64,000 nucleotides of DNA, from contig DBGCHZ010000037.1 in assembly GCA_048355915.1 (NCBI GenBank), forward strand, positions 907-64,906, given 5' to 3'. A model generated the notes under the pieces. It made no database searches. It worked only from the letters and a program-made list of their open reading frames with translations, and had not been told where the DNA came from. Both the position numbers and the translations under genes were made by a program. This DNA comes from Clostridia bacterium. Lineage in GTDB: Bacteria > Bacillota > Clostridia > TANB77 > CAG-508. This document shows positions 1 through 9,885 of this stretch, piece after piece; position 1 is the first letter of the stretch, and each line of letters begins with the position of its first letter.

Positions 1-430
1 TTAATTATAAAATAATAAAAGTAATAATAATAAAATAAATAAAGATGATTAATTACTAAAAAATTAAATAAAGATAATTAGTTATAAAAAATAAAAAATA
101 TATATTTAAAATAAGTAATTAAATATAAGTAAGAAAAAAGTTTTAAATTTATTAAGCAATAATATCATCATGTAAATGGAAAAAAATGTATTTTTAAAAA
201 GATGTTATAATTGAAAAATTAAAAAAATAAGTTTGATTTTTTTTGAAAATTAACTTTTAAAAAAATGGATTTTGTTAAAAGTATAGACAACTTGAAATTT
301 ATGATATAAAATAACTACGCAAATGAGGAAGAAAGAGGTTTTTTATATAAATAAAAATCCCAAAAAATAAGTAGACATAAAAAAACCAATCAAAGAATGA
401 ATAAAAAGTTATAAACAATTGGAGAAGAAT

Positions 431-1504
431 ATGTGGATAAGTAAAGTTAAAATTAACAATTTTAGAAATTATAAAGAGCAAGAAATTTTTCTTGAAAAAA
501 ATATTAATATTTTTTATGGAGAAAATGCTCAAGGAAAAACAAATATTATTGAAGCTATTTTTTTAGGTAGTATGGGAAAATCTTTTAGAGCAAAAAAAGA
601 TAGTGAAATGATAATGTTAAATGAGGATATTTCAAATATAGAAATAGAATATGAAAAAAAAGATAGAGATGGAAAAATTAAAATAATTTTAGGAAATAAA
701 AAAAATATTTTTGTTAATGGTATTAAATTAAAAAAATTAAGTGAGTTATTAGGAAATATAAATATTGTTATTTTTACTCCAGATGATATTAATATTTTAA
801 AAGGTGGTCCTCAAAATAGAAGACGATTTTTAGATATCATGATTAGCCAATTAAAACCTAATTATATGCATAATTTAAATTTTTATTCTAAAACTCTTGA
901 ACAAAGAAATAATTATTTAAGACAAATAAGAGAACAAAATAAAGATGAAAATTTATTAGAGATTTGGGATACTAAATTAGTAGAATATGCTTGTAATATA
1001 TATAATTATAGAAAAGAATTTTTGGATAGAATTAATGAAAAAATAAAAGATATTCATAGTGAAATAACAGATAATAAAGAAAACTTAAGATTAGAATATA
1101 TATCTAATTGTACAAGTAAAGAGGAATATTTAAAATTATTAAGAGAAAGAAGAAAATTAGATATAATAAAGGGATATACAACAAAAGGAATACATAGAGA
1201 TGATTTTATTTTATATATAAATGATAAACAATTAGATATTTACGGTTCACAAGGACAACATAGAACATCGATATTGTCATTAAAGATAGCAGAATTAAAT
1301 ATTATATATGATGAAATAGGAGAGTACCCAATATTACTATTAGATGATTTTATGTCTGAATTAGATGAGAAAAGAAGAACACATTTATTAGAGAAAATTA
1401 ACAATGCGCAAGTAATAATTACATGCACTGATAAAATTAAGCTTGAAAATAAAGATATTTTAATATATAATGTACACGATGGGAAAGTATTTAAAGAAGA
1501 TTAA
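431..1504 (+). CDS. recF: DNA replication/repair protein RecF
   Basis: Walker A GENAQGKTNIIEAI, SMC-like ABC ATPase layout, ~357 aa; ATG at 431 sits 5 nt after GGAGA; conserved recF-gyrB synteny. Confidence 0.85.
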   Translation: MWISKVKINNFRNYKEQEIFLEKNINIFYGENAQGKTNIIEAIFLGSMGKSFRAKKDSEMIMLNEDISNIEIEYEKKDRDGKIKIILGNKKNIFVNGIKLKKLSELLGNINIVIFTPDDINILKGGPQNRRRFLDIMISQLKPNYMHNLNFYSKTLEQRNNYLRQIREQNKDENLLEIWDTKLVEYACNIYNYRKEFLDRINEKIKDIHSEITDNKENLRLEYISNCTSKEEYLKLLRERRKLDIIKGYTTKGIHRDDFILYINDKQLDIYGSQGQHRTSILSLKIAELNIIYDEIGEYPILLLDDFMSELDEKRRTHLLEKINNAQVIITCTDKIKLENKDILIYNVHDGKVFKED

Positions 1505-1571
1505 TTTTTGTTATATATAAATATTCATCAAAATTAATATAAATAATAGTCAAAAAAGAGGAGGAAACAAA

Positions 1572-3500
1572 ATGGAAAAGTACGATCATAAGTATGGTGC
1601 AGAACAAATACAAGTATTAGAAGGCCTAGAAGCCGTAAGAAAAAGACCGGGAATGTATATAGGAAGTACATCTGTTAGAGGACTTCATCATATGGTATAT
1701 GAAATTGTAGATAACTGTGTTGATGAGGCTTTGGCAGGATATTGTACTAATATAAAAATAGAAATAGAACCAGGTAATATAATTAGTGTTGAAGATAATG
1801 GTAGGGGAATACCAGTAGAAGTTCATCCAAAAACTAAGATATCAACAGCAGAAACAGTATATACAGTTTTACATGCTGGTGGAAAATTTGGTGGAGATAG
1901 TGGATATAAAGTATCAGGAGGACTTCATGGTGTTGGAGCTTCAGTTGTAAATGCTTTATCAAATTGGACAGAGGTTACTATCAAAAGAGATGGTGGACTA
2001 TATCAAATGTACTTTGAAAAAGGAAAAACAGTAAGAAAATTGGAAAAAATCGGAGAGGCTAAGGGAACTGGAACAAAAGTTAGATTTTTGGCAGATGATA
2101 CAATTTTTGAAAGTTTAGATTATGATTATGATGTTTTAGAGAAAAGATTTAGGGAAATGGCTTTCCTTACAAAAGGATTAAAAATTACAATAGAAGATAA
2201 AAGAGAAGAAACACCAAAAAAAGCTGAATTCCATTTTGAAGGAGGTTTAGTTTCTTTTGTTGAATTCTTAAATAAAAATAAGGATAAATTACATAAAACA
2301 CCTATATATATAGAAAAAGCTGGAGAAGTACCTGTTGAAATAGCTATACAATACACATCTAGTTATTCTGAAAATATTTATACTTTTGTAAATAATATTA
2401 ATACAATAGAAGGTGGAACTCATTTAGAAGGATTTAAAAGAGCACTTACAAAAGTATTTAATGATTATGCAAGAAACCATAATTTCCTTAAAGAAAAAGA
2501 TAATAATTTACAAGGTGAAGATATTAGAGAAGGAATTACAGCTGTTATTTCTGTAAAAGTAAAAGAGCCTCAATTTGAAGGACAAACAAAGACTAAATTA
2601 GGAAATAGCGAAGTTACAGGAGTAGTTCAAAGCATGGTAAATGAAGCTCTTTCAACATTTTTAGAAGAAAATCCACAAGTAGCAAAAGCTATTTTAGAAA
2701 AATGTATTAGTGCTTCAAGAGCAAGAGAAGCAGCAAGAAAAGCTAGGGAATTAGTAAGAAAGAAGAGCAGTTTAGAAACATCTACTTTACCAGGTAAATT
2801 AGCAGATTGTAGTAGTAAAAATGCAGAAGAATGCGAAGTTTATATAGTTGAGGGAGACTCTGCAGGAGGTAGTGCAAAACAAGGAAGAGATAGAAAATTC
2901 CAAGCGATTTTACCTCTTTGGGGAAAAATGCTAAATGTTGAAAAAGCAAGAGCTGACAAAATTTATGGTAATGATAAATTAAATCCAGTTATTGTAGCTA
3001 TTGGAGCAGGAATTGGACCTGATTTTGATGTAACTAAAATAAGATATGGTAAAGTAATAATTATGGCCGATGCCGATGTAGACGGTGCACATATTAGAAC
3101 TTTATTATTAACATTTTTCTTCAGATATATGAGACCTCTAATAGAAAATGGAAATGTATATTTAGCACAACCACCTCTATATAAATTATCAAAAAGAGGA
3201 ATGGAAGATAAATATTGTTATACTGATGAAGATTTGGAAATTGCATATAAAGAGTTAGAAGAAAAAGGAATTGCAAGAGATACTTTATCACTTCAAAGAT
3301 ATAAAGGTTTAGGAGAAATGAATCCTGAACAACTATGGGAAACAACAATGAATCCAGAAACTAGAACATTGGTAAAAGTAACAATGGATGATGCCATTAA
3401 AGCAGATGAAATATTTACTTTATTAATGGGAGATGAAGTTGAACCAAGAAGACAATTTATTCAAGCAAATGCAAAATATGTAAAAAATCTTGATATATAA
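1572..3500 (+). CDS. gyrB: DNA gyrase subunit B
   Basis: GHKL ATPase motifs, [22 protein letters not shown]-terminal [19 protein letters not shown]; RBS AGGAGG. Confidence 0.97.
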   Translation: MEKYDHKYGAEQIQVLEGLEAVRKRPGMYIGSTSVRGLHHMVYEIVDNCVDEALAGYCTNIKIEIEPGNIISVEDNGRGIPVEVHPKTKISTAETVYTVLHAGGKFGGDSGYKVSGGLHGVGASVVNALSNWTEVTIKRDGGLYQMYFEKGKTVRKLEKIGEAKGTGTKVRFLADDTIFESLDYDYDVLEKRFREMAFLTKGLKITIEDKREETPKKAEFHFEGGLVSFVEFLNKNKDKLHKTPIYIEKAGEVPVEIAIQYTSSYSENIYTFVNNINTIEGGTHLEGFKRALTKVFNDYARNHNFLKEKDNNLQGEDIREGITAVISVKVKEPQFEGQTKTKLGNSEVTGVVQSMVNEALSTFLEENPQVAKAILEKCISASRAREAARKARELVRKKSSLETSTLPGKLADCSSKNAEECEVYIVEGDSAGGSAKQGRDRKFQAILPLWGKMLNVEKARADKIYGNDKLNPVIVAIGAGIGPDFDVTKIRYGKVIIMADADVDGAHIRTLLLTFFFRYMRPLIENGNVYLAQPPLYKLSKRGMEDKYCYTDEDLEIAYKELEEKGIARDTLSLQRYKGLGEMNPEQLWETTMNPETRTLVKVTMDDAIKADEIFTLLMGDEVEPRRQFIQANAKYVKNLDI

Positions 3501-3504
3501 TTTT

Positions 3505-3540
3505 TAAAGGCATATAACTATTTAAGTTATATGCCTTTAA
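3505..3540. terminator. 13-bp perfect stem hairpin just after gyrB stop (AAGGCATATAACT/AGTTATATGCCTT); no clean T-run
   Basis: inverted repeat read directly from the sequence. Confidence 0.4.
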
Positions 3541-4085
3541 TCTATAAAGCTAATAATAATCTCAGTTAAAACTAATATACATAATTTTCAAACCTAATAT
3601 ATATTACTATATAAATAAGCTATCAACCACATATATTAATCAGTCACTCGACTACTAATACACTTTTAGCAACTATATTCATCCTAATTATAGGACTAAT
3701 AATAACCACATCAAATATAAGAATAATCTTAGCTCAAATATATTACTTATTTTTTCAACCATATAAAAATAACAAGAAATAAAATATAAAATATAGCTTA
3801 AAAACAAATAATATACTCTTATCGCCGACATATATTAATATATTTAATACACCAATATACATCTTTGCTCGAATATTAATAAACTAATAAATAATCTATT
3901 AATATTCTTTGCTCAACTATTATTAACCTTATAAGATTATTATGAACAGAATTAAAAAATATATTCAGAAAAATAAAAAAATTTAAAATTAAAATAACAA
4001 AAATAATAATTGACAATCATACTTTAAATATTAAGTGTAAAATCATTTTAATATATTTTTGTCGAAGAATGTCAAAATGTTTTTA

Positions 4086-4114
4086 TTGACAAGCTATGTA
4101 AAATATTGTAAAAT
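4086..4114 (+). promoter_or_regulatory. sigmaA-type promoter TTGACA-17-TAAAAT upstream of the VirB4-like gene
   Basis: hexamers read directly; RBS GGAGGTG at 4127-4133. Confidence 0.5.
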
Positions 4115-4138
4115 ACAAAAAATACAGGAGGTGATTAT

Positions 4139-6709
4139 ATAGCTAAAAAAAGTAAAACTATTCAAGAATGGATAGAAATAAAAAATATTTTTAATGAAGG
4201 AATTATAGAATTAGAAAATAACAAATTTATTAAAATATTAAAAATAACTCCAATTAATTATAATTTAAAATCTGATTTGGAGAAATCATCAATATTAAAT
4301 TCATATAAAATTTTTTTAAAAACTTGCAATTTTGATATTCAAATATTAATTCAAAGTAATAAAGAAGATTTAAGTCATCATATTTCAAAAATAAAAAATA
4401 ATTTAAAAAATGAGAAAAATGAAAATTTAAAAATTATATCAGAAAATTATATCGAATATATTATCAATTTAAATAAAATAAAAAAATCATCATCAAAAGA
4501 CTTTTATATAATTATATCTAATGAAAAAATAAAAAATAATGAAAATATAAATTCATATGAAATAACTAAAAATGATTTAAAAGAAAAATATTTTAAAATA
4601 AAAGAATGTCTATCAAGATGTGGAAATTTTGTTATTGAAATTAATGAAAAAGAAAAAATTGAAGAAATATTTTTTTCTTTTTTAAATACGAGAAATTATT
4701 TTAATAATATTTTTAATTATAATAAATAAAAATAATTAAATAAAAAAATTAATTATTAAAATAAATTAAATAAAATAATTAATTATTAAAACAAATAAAA
4801 TAAATTAAATAAAAAATTAATAATTAAAATAAATCAAATAAAAAATTAATAAAAATAGAGGAGGAAAAATAAAATTCTAAAAAAAATTAAAAATGAAATA
4901 AAAAATAAAATATTTAAAGGAGGCATAACAACAAAAGATAAAATTGCACCAGCATATATAAATTTAGAAAATCCAAAATATATTGAAATTGATAATATGT
5001 ATTTTGCAGGTTTAGCTATTGTAAATTATTATAGAGAACAAACAGATATCATATTAAAAACATTGATTGAAACAAATATTAATATGAATATATCAATTTT
5101 TTATGAGAAACAAGATTCATACAAAACTATAAAAGATTTAACTTATCATATTGGAAATGTAGGGGTAGAGGTAAAAGGAAGCAACGAAAATAGACAAGAT
5201 ATAGATATTGCAGCTTTTACATATAATGATGCAAAATATATTAGGAAAGAAATGCAAGTTAATAATGAAGATATGTATTTTTTATATGTATACATAATTG
5301 TATATTCAAAAGATATCCAAGAGTTAGAATATTACTTAAATAAGATTGAAGGTATTACACAAAGTAAAGGACTACAAACGAGAAGGACAAATTTTAGAGA
5401 AGAAGAATTATTTTTATCATGTTTACCTACAATGTCAAATAATAAATTAATAAAAGAAATGGCGAGAAGAAATGTTTTAACAACTGGATTATTAGCAACA
5501 TATCCGTTTATATCCTCAACAATATTCGACCAAGATGGAATTTTTATAGGAACAAATATATATAATAATTCCTTAGTATTTATAGATAGATATGACAATA
5601 AAAAATATAAAAATGCAAATATATGTATATTTGGAACAAGTGGAGCAGGAAAATCTTTTTATACAAAATTATTAATATTAAGATATAAATTATTAGGAAT
5701 AAATCAATATATCATTGATCCAGATAGAGAGTATGATAATATTTGTGAAAAATTAGAAGGAACAAATATTAAAATAGGACCAAGTTCTAGTACATATATA
5801 AATATTTTAGATATAAGGAGTGAAAGCTTAGAAGATGGAGAAAATGGATATTTAGCAACTAAAATTGGTAAATTAATAGGATTTTTTAATTTAATTTTTG
5901 GACAATTAAATGAAGAAGAAAAAGCTTTATTAGAGGAAAAATTAATAGAAACATATAATTTAAAAGGAATAAATTTTAATGATGAAAGTTTATATAAAAA
6001 AAGCGAAGAAAAAATTACAGGAAAAGAATTTAAGGAAAGTCAAGATATGCCATTATTAGAAGATTTATATAATTTATTAATTTTAGATAAAAAAACTAAA
6101 AAATTTGCAATAAAATTAATTCCATTTATAAAAGGTTCTATGAAATTTTTTAATAATTATACAAATATAGAATTAGAAAAAGATTTAATAATAGCAGATG
6201 TATATGATTTAGGAGAAGAAAATTTAAAATATGGAATGTATTTATTTATTGATATTTTTTGGGACAAAATAAAAGAAAACAGAAAAGAAAAAAAGGCAAT
6301 TTATTTAGATGAAATTTGGAGACTTATAGGAGTAACATCAAATAAAGATGTAGCAAGTTTTATTTATAAAATATTTAAAACCATAAGAAAATATGGAGGA
6401 AGTAGTGTAGCCATAACACAAGATATATCAGATATTTTTAGCTTAGATAATGGGACATATGGAAGAAGTATATTAAATAATTCAAGTATAAAAACATTTT
6501 TTGCATTAGAAGAAGAAAATATAAAAATATTATCAGAATATACAAATTTAACAGAAAAGGAAAAAGTAGAAATTAAATCATTAAAAAGGGGAGAATGTCT
6601 AATGTTTGTAGGAGAAGATCATATTCTTACAAAAATAGAATGTTCAGATTTTGAAAGGCAAATAGTAGAAGGGAATAAAAATAATGAAAAAAATTCTTAC
6701 AGCAATTAA
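4139..6709 (+). pseudogene. VirB4/TrsE/TcpF-family conjugation ATPase, interrupted
   Basis: N-terminal domain (4139-4729; no in-frame ATG, ATA at 4139 after the RBS) resembles the Tn916 Orf16-type N-terminus. The same frame reopens at 4880 and continues KDKIAPAYINLENPKYIEIDN... through Walker A GTSGAGKS, IIDPDREY, Walker B IYLDEIW, ITQDISDIF to 6709. The two parts are separated by a 150-bp in-frame segment carrying 7 TAA codons and one TAG. Confidence 0.6.
4730..4879. repeat. degenerate ~30-bp tandem AT-only repeat (AAATAAATTAAATAAAATAATTAATTATTAAAA-like, about 4 units) inside the VirB4 reading frame
   Basis: seen directly; length is exactly 150 bp (50 codons), in frame with both gene parts. 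Confidence 0.7.
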
Positions 6710-8087
6710 TAATCCTAATTTAAATAAAAAATTATCAGAACAAGAATTTATAGAAATTCCATATAAAGATATACAATATAAAGAAGCAATTTTAGAAATA
6801 TTAAATGAAGATAATTATTTTGATATTATTATAATAAATGAAAAATTACCCGGAGAAATTAATTTTATAGAATTAATTAAAAAAATAAAAAAAATTAATA
6901 AAAAAATAAAAATAATAATTATTTTAGAAAAAGAAGATGAAATAAAAGAAAATGAATTAAAAAAAATAAATATTAATAAAATTTATTATAATAATAAAAT
7001 TACATTAGAATATTTAATAAAAATAATAAAAGAAAAAGAAATTAATAAAGAAGAAGAATTAAAAAAAGAAATTAATGAATTAAAACAAATTATAAAAATG
7101 AATGAATTTAAAAATGATAAAAAAAATAATAAAAAATTCCCCATACAAAATAAGATTTTTTATCACAAAGAAATATTTAAGAAGCCATTATCGATTATTA
7201 ACAAGATAAAATTAAAACAAAATAAAATTAACATAAAAGAAAATGACGAAGGGACTATGGTTAATATAGTTGGAGATAAAGAAAGTGGTAAGAGTGTTAT
7301 AACCCTAATGTTAGCCAATATACTTTCAGACAAAAATTATAGTATTTTAATAATAAATATTAATTCAGAAGAATTAGATTTTTATTCATATATTTTAAAT
7401 TATAAAAAAGACAATACAAAAAAGTTTTATGTCAAAAAGAAAAATTTTATATCAAAAACCAAATCCATAAATTTCCAAATAAATAAAAATATAATTAAAA
7501 AAATTTTAAAAATAAAAAAAGAAAAATTAAAAAATAAAATATATAAATTTAAAAATTTTTATAACATTGAAAAAAATATAAATAATATATTAAAAGATTA
7601 TAATAAAAATATTAAAATTTTAAATATTAATAAATTAAATATAAATTATTTTAAAATAAAATATTTGAATAAAATAATAAAATATTTTAAAAATAATTTT
7701 AATTATATTTTTTTAGAAATAAATTATAATGAAAAAATAAAAAATAAAAAACTAAAAAAAATATTAATTAGAAATTATTTAAAAAATATAGATAAAAATT
7801 TAATTATTTTAGAACCAAATAAAATAGGAATATTAAAGACAGAGAAAATTATAAATAAATTAAATATAATTGAAAAAGAAAAAATAAATATAAATATAAT
7901 TATAAATAAAAATAGTAAAAGTTCTATAAATAAAGAAATAATAAATAAATATTTTTTTAATTATAAAATATTAACCGTAATTAATAATAACACGGTATTT
8001 GAAAAAGTAATAAATAATAAAAAAATATTAAAAAATAATTTAGTATATTTAAAATTAAAAGAGGCAGTAAGAAAAATAGTTGAATAA
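6684..8087 (+). CDS. extremely K/I/N-rich protein: receiver-like N-terminus plus degenerate P-loop (GDKESGKS), possibly ParA/MinD/TadZ-like fold
   Basis: 467-codon ORF in a 25% GC genome; overlaps the VirB4 stop by 26 nt (translational coupling); RBS GAAGGGAA. Confidence 0.45.
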   Translation: MKKILTAINNPNLNKKLSEQEFIEIPYKDIQYKEAILEILNEDNYFDIIIINEKLPGEINFIELIKKIKKINKKIKIIIILEKEDEIKENELKKININKIYYNNKITLEYLIKIIKEKEINKEEELKKEINELKQIIKMNEFKNDKKNNKKFPIQNKIFYHKEIFKKPLSIINKIKLKQNKINIKENDEGTMVNIVGDKESGKSVITLMLANILSDKNYSILIININSEELDFYSYILNYKKDNTKKFYVKKKNFISKTKSINFQINKNIIKKILKIKKEKLKNKIYKFKNFYNIEKNINNILKDYNKNIKILNINKLNINYFKIKYLNKIIKYFKNNFNYIFLEINYNEKIKNKKLKKILIRNYLKNIDKNLIILEPNKIGILKTEKIINKLNIIEKEKININIIINKNSKSSINKEIINKYFFNYKILTVINNNTVFEKVINNKKILKNNLVYLKLKEAVRKIVE

Positions 8088-8169
8088 AAAATTAATAAAT
8101 TAAATAAATATAAGTTAAATAAAAAATAAAATAAATAAATAAAATTAAAATAAAAAATGAGAAATTTAT

Positions 8170-8889
8170 ATGGAATTAATTAACAATATTGAAAGAGAAA
8201 AAAATAATAATTTATTAAATAATAATGAACAAAATAATTTTTTAGAAACAACATTAGGAAAAGTAATAAATACTGGGATAGATATAGGCATAAGGGCAAT
8301 TTTTCCTGATTTTATTGAAGATGAAATAATTAATTTAAAAGATAATATTTTTGATTATGGAATTGTTGATGGAATAAAAGAAACTATTGATGAGGCAATA
8401 AATTTAGGAAAAAGTGCAGTAGGAATATTTACAGGAAATTTTGAAAATGTTGAGCAAATGCAAAATGCCATAGAAAAAGGAGGTCTAATAGATGGAATAT
8501 CAGAGTTATTATCTTTTGCAGTAGATAAAGCACAAAAGTCTGGAATAATAAATTATTCAATTGGAAATACGATAGAAAAAGGAAAAAATATTATATTAAA
8601 TAATATAGAAAGTAATATAGAAAAAACTTTTTCAGACCAAATTATTTCTGTTGATAAAATGAATAAATATATTAATAATTGGAAAGAAAGTTTTAAAAAT
8701 AAGGATTTTGAAAAAATGGAAAGAGACTATAAAAAAATTCAAAAAGAAAGACAGAACTTAGTTCCATTAGAAAAAACATTGCAAGATACAAAAGCAGTAG
8801 AAATATTACATAATTTAATTAAAAATAATGGGAATAATTTTAACTTAACACAAGAAGAAATGGAATTAGCAAATAAATTAAACAAATAA
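8170..8889 (+). CDS. hypothetical protein
   Basis: 239-aa ORF with ordinary composition; no family recognised. Confidence 0.4.
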   Translation: MELINNIEREKNNNLLNNNEQNNFLETTLGKVINTGIDIGIRAIFPDFIEDEIINLKDNIFDYGIVDGIKETIDEAINLGKSAVGIFTGNFENVEQMQNAIEKGGLIDGISELLSFAVDKAQKSGIINYSIGNTIEKGKNIILNNIESNIEKTFSDQIISVDKMNKYINNWKESFKNKDFEKMERDYKKIQKERQNLVPLEKTLQDTKAVEILHNLIKNNGNNFNLTQEEMELANKLNK

Positions 8890-8929
8890 AATTTATGAAT
8901 TAATAATCCATAAATTCTATAATATATTT

Positions 8930-9283
8930 TTATTTATTATTATATTTTTTTAAATAAGTAAAAGAACAATGAATTAATTCATAAATATATTCAACAGTTT
9001 CAGAAGGACAATTATTTAATATAGTATTTATTTTATTAATTGTATCGGTATTTTCTAATTTACCAAAAAGTATATAATCAGAAGAACTACCAGTATAAGA
9101 AACAATTTTACTTAAAGTTTTTAAACTTAAAGATCTTTCACCTCTTTCAATTTGCCCTAAAAATACTTCAGATATATCTATTATTTCAGAGAATTTTTCT
9201 CTACTCATATTAAATTGTTCTCTTAATTTTCTAATTCTTTCTCCTACTAATACATTATCAATTTGTTTTATATAATCCTGCAT
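8930..9283 (-). CDS. XRE-family helix-turn-helix transcriptional regulator
   Basis: HTH LRKLREQFNMSREKFSEIIDISEVFLGQIERGERSLSLKTLSKI; start chosen at the ATG preceded by AAAGGAA. Confidence 0.7.
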   Translation of the reverse strand: MQDYIKQIDNVLVGERIRKLREQFNMSREKFSEIIDISEVFLGQIERGERSLSLKTLSKIVSYTGSSSDYILFGKLENTDTINKINTILNNCPSETVEYIYELIHCSFTYLKKYNNK

Positions 9284-9462
9284 AAAAATAATTCCTTTCA
9301 TAACAGTATAAATATTTAAGTATTTATATATTATATAATAAATTTTCAACAATACTAATATGCTAAAATCAAATATAAAAAGAATACTAAAAGCAAAAGT
9401 ATGAAAGTATAAAAAAATGAAAAAAGACGAAAATATAAGTAAACAAATTAAAGGAGGAAAAA

Positions 9463-9792
9463 ATGGAAAGATTTGAAATAGAAATAAAAGATTTATTAGA
9501 TAATTTTTATGATTCAGAATATGAAAATTTAGATAAAATAATTATTAAATGTGAAAAAACTAAAAAAATGGAGAAAATAAAAAGTTCAAAAGAAAAAGTA
9601 TGGAAAGAATTTGAAGAAAAAATTAAAATAGATAATGAGATATTAAGTAATACAAAAGAAAAAATAGAGAATAACGAAAACAAAAGATTATCAATTTATA
9701 ATAAAATAATGTATAAACAAGGTTTTATTGATGGAATTAATTTATTAATAAATTGTATATCAAAAAATAATGAAAAGTCCCACAAATACTAA
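9463..9792 (+). CDS. hypothetical coiled-coil protein
   Basis: strong RBS AAAGGAGGA; divergent from the XRE gene. Confidence 0.4.
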   Translation: MERFEIEIKDLLDNFYDSEYENLDKIIIKCEKTKKMEKIKSSKEKVWKEFEEKIKIDNEILSNTKEKIENNENKRLSIYNKIMYKQGFIDGINLLINCISKNNEKSHKY

Positions 9793-9820
9793 GTTTCCCT
9801 AAACTTTTCCCCTAAAATAC

Positions 9821-9849
9821 TTGCAAAATTTTATTTGTTATAATATAAT
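9821..9849 (+). promoter_or_regulatory. gyrA promoter TTGCAA-17-TATAAT
   Basis: hexamers read directly, 40 bp upstream of gyrA. Confidence 0.55.
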
Positions 9850-9885
9850 ACAAATGTAGAAATAACAATGGAAAGAGGGAGAATA

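Noticed and set aside
299-532. 77-aa minus-strand ORF overlapping the recF start
   Set aside because: Low-complexity F/I/K frame antisense to recF and its RBS, with no RBS of its own; typical AT-rich shadow ORF.
4730-4879. Possibility that in-frame TAA codons in the VirB4 gene indicate stop-codon reassignment
   Set aside because: All other genes in the window terminate cleanly at TAA/TAG/TGA with conserved C-termini (gyrB, gyrA, tex, NRPS); the TAA cluster is confined to one low-complexity repeat, consistent with local decay.
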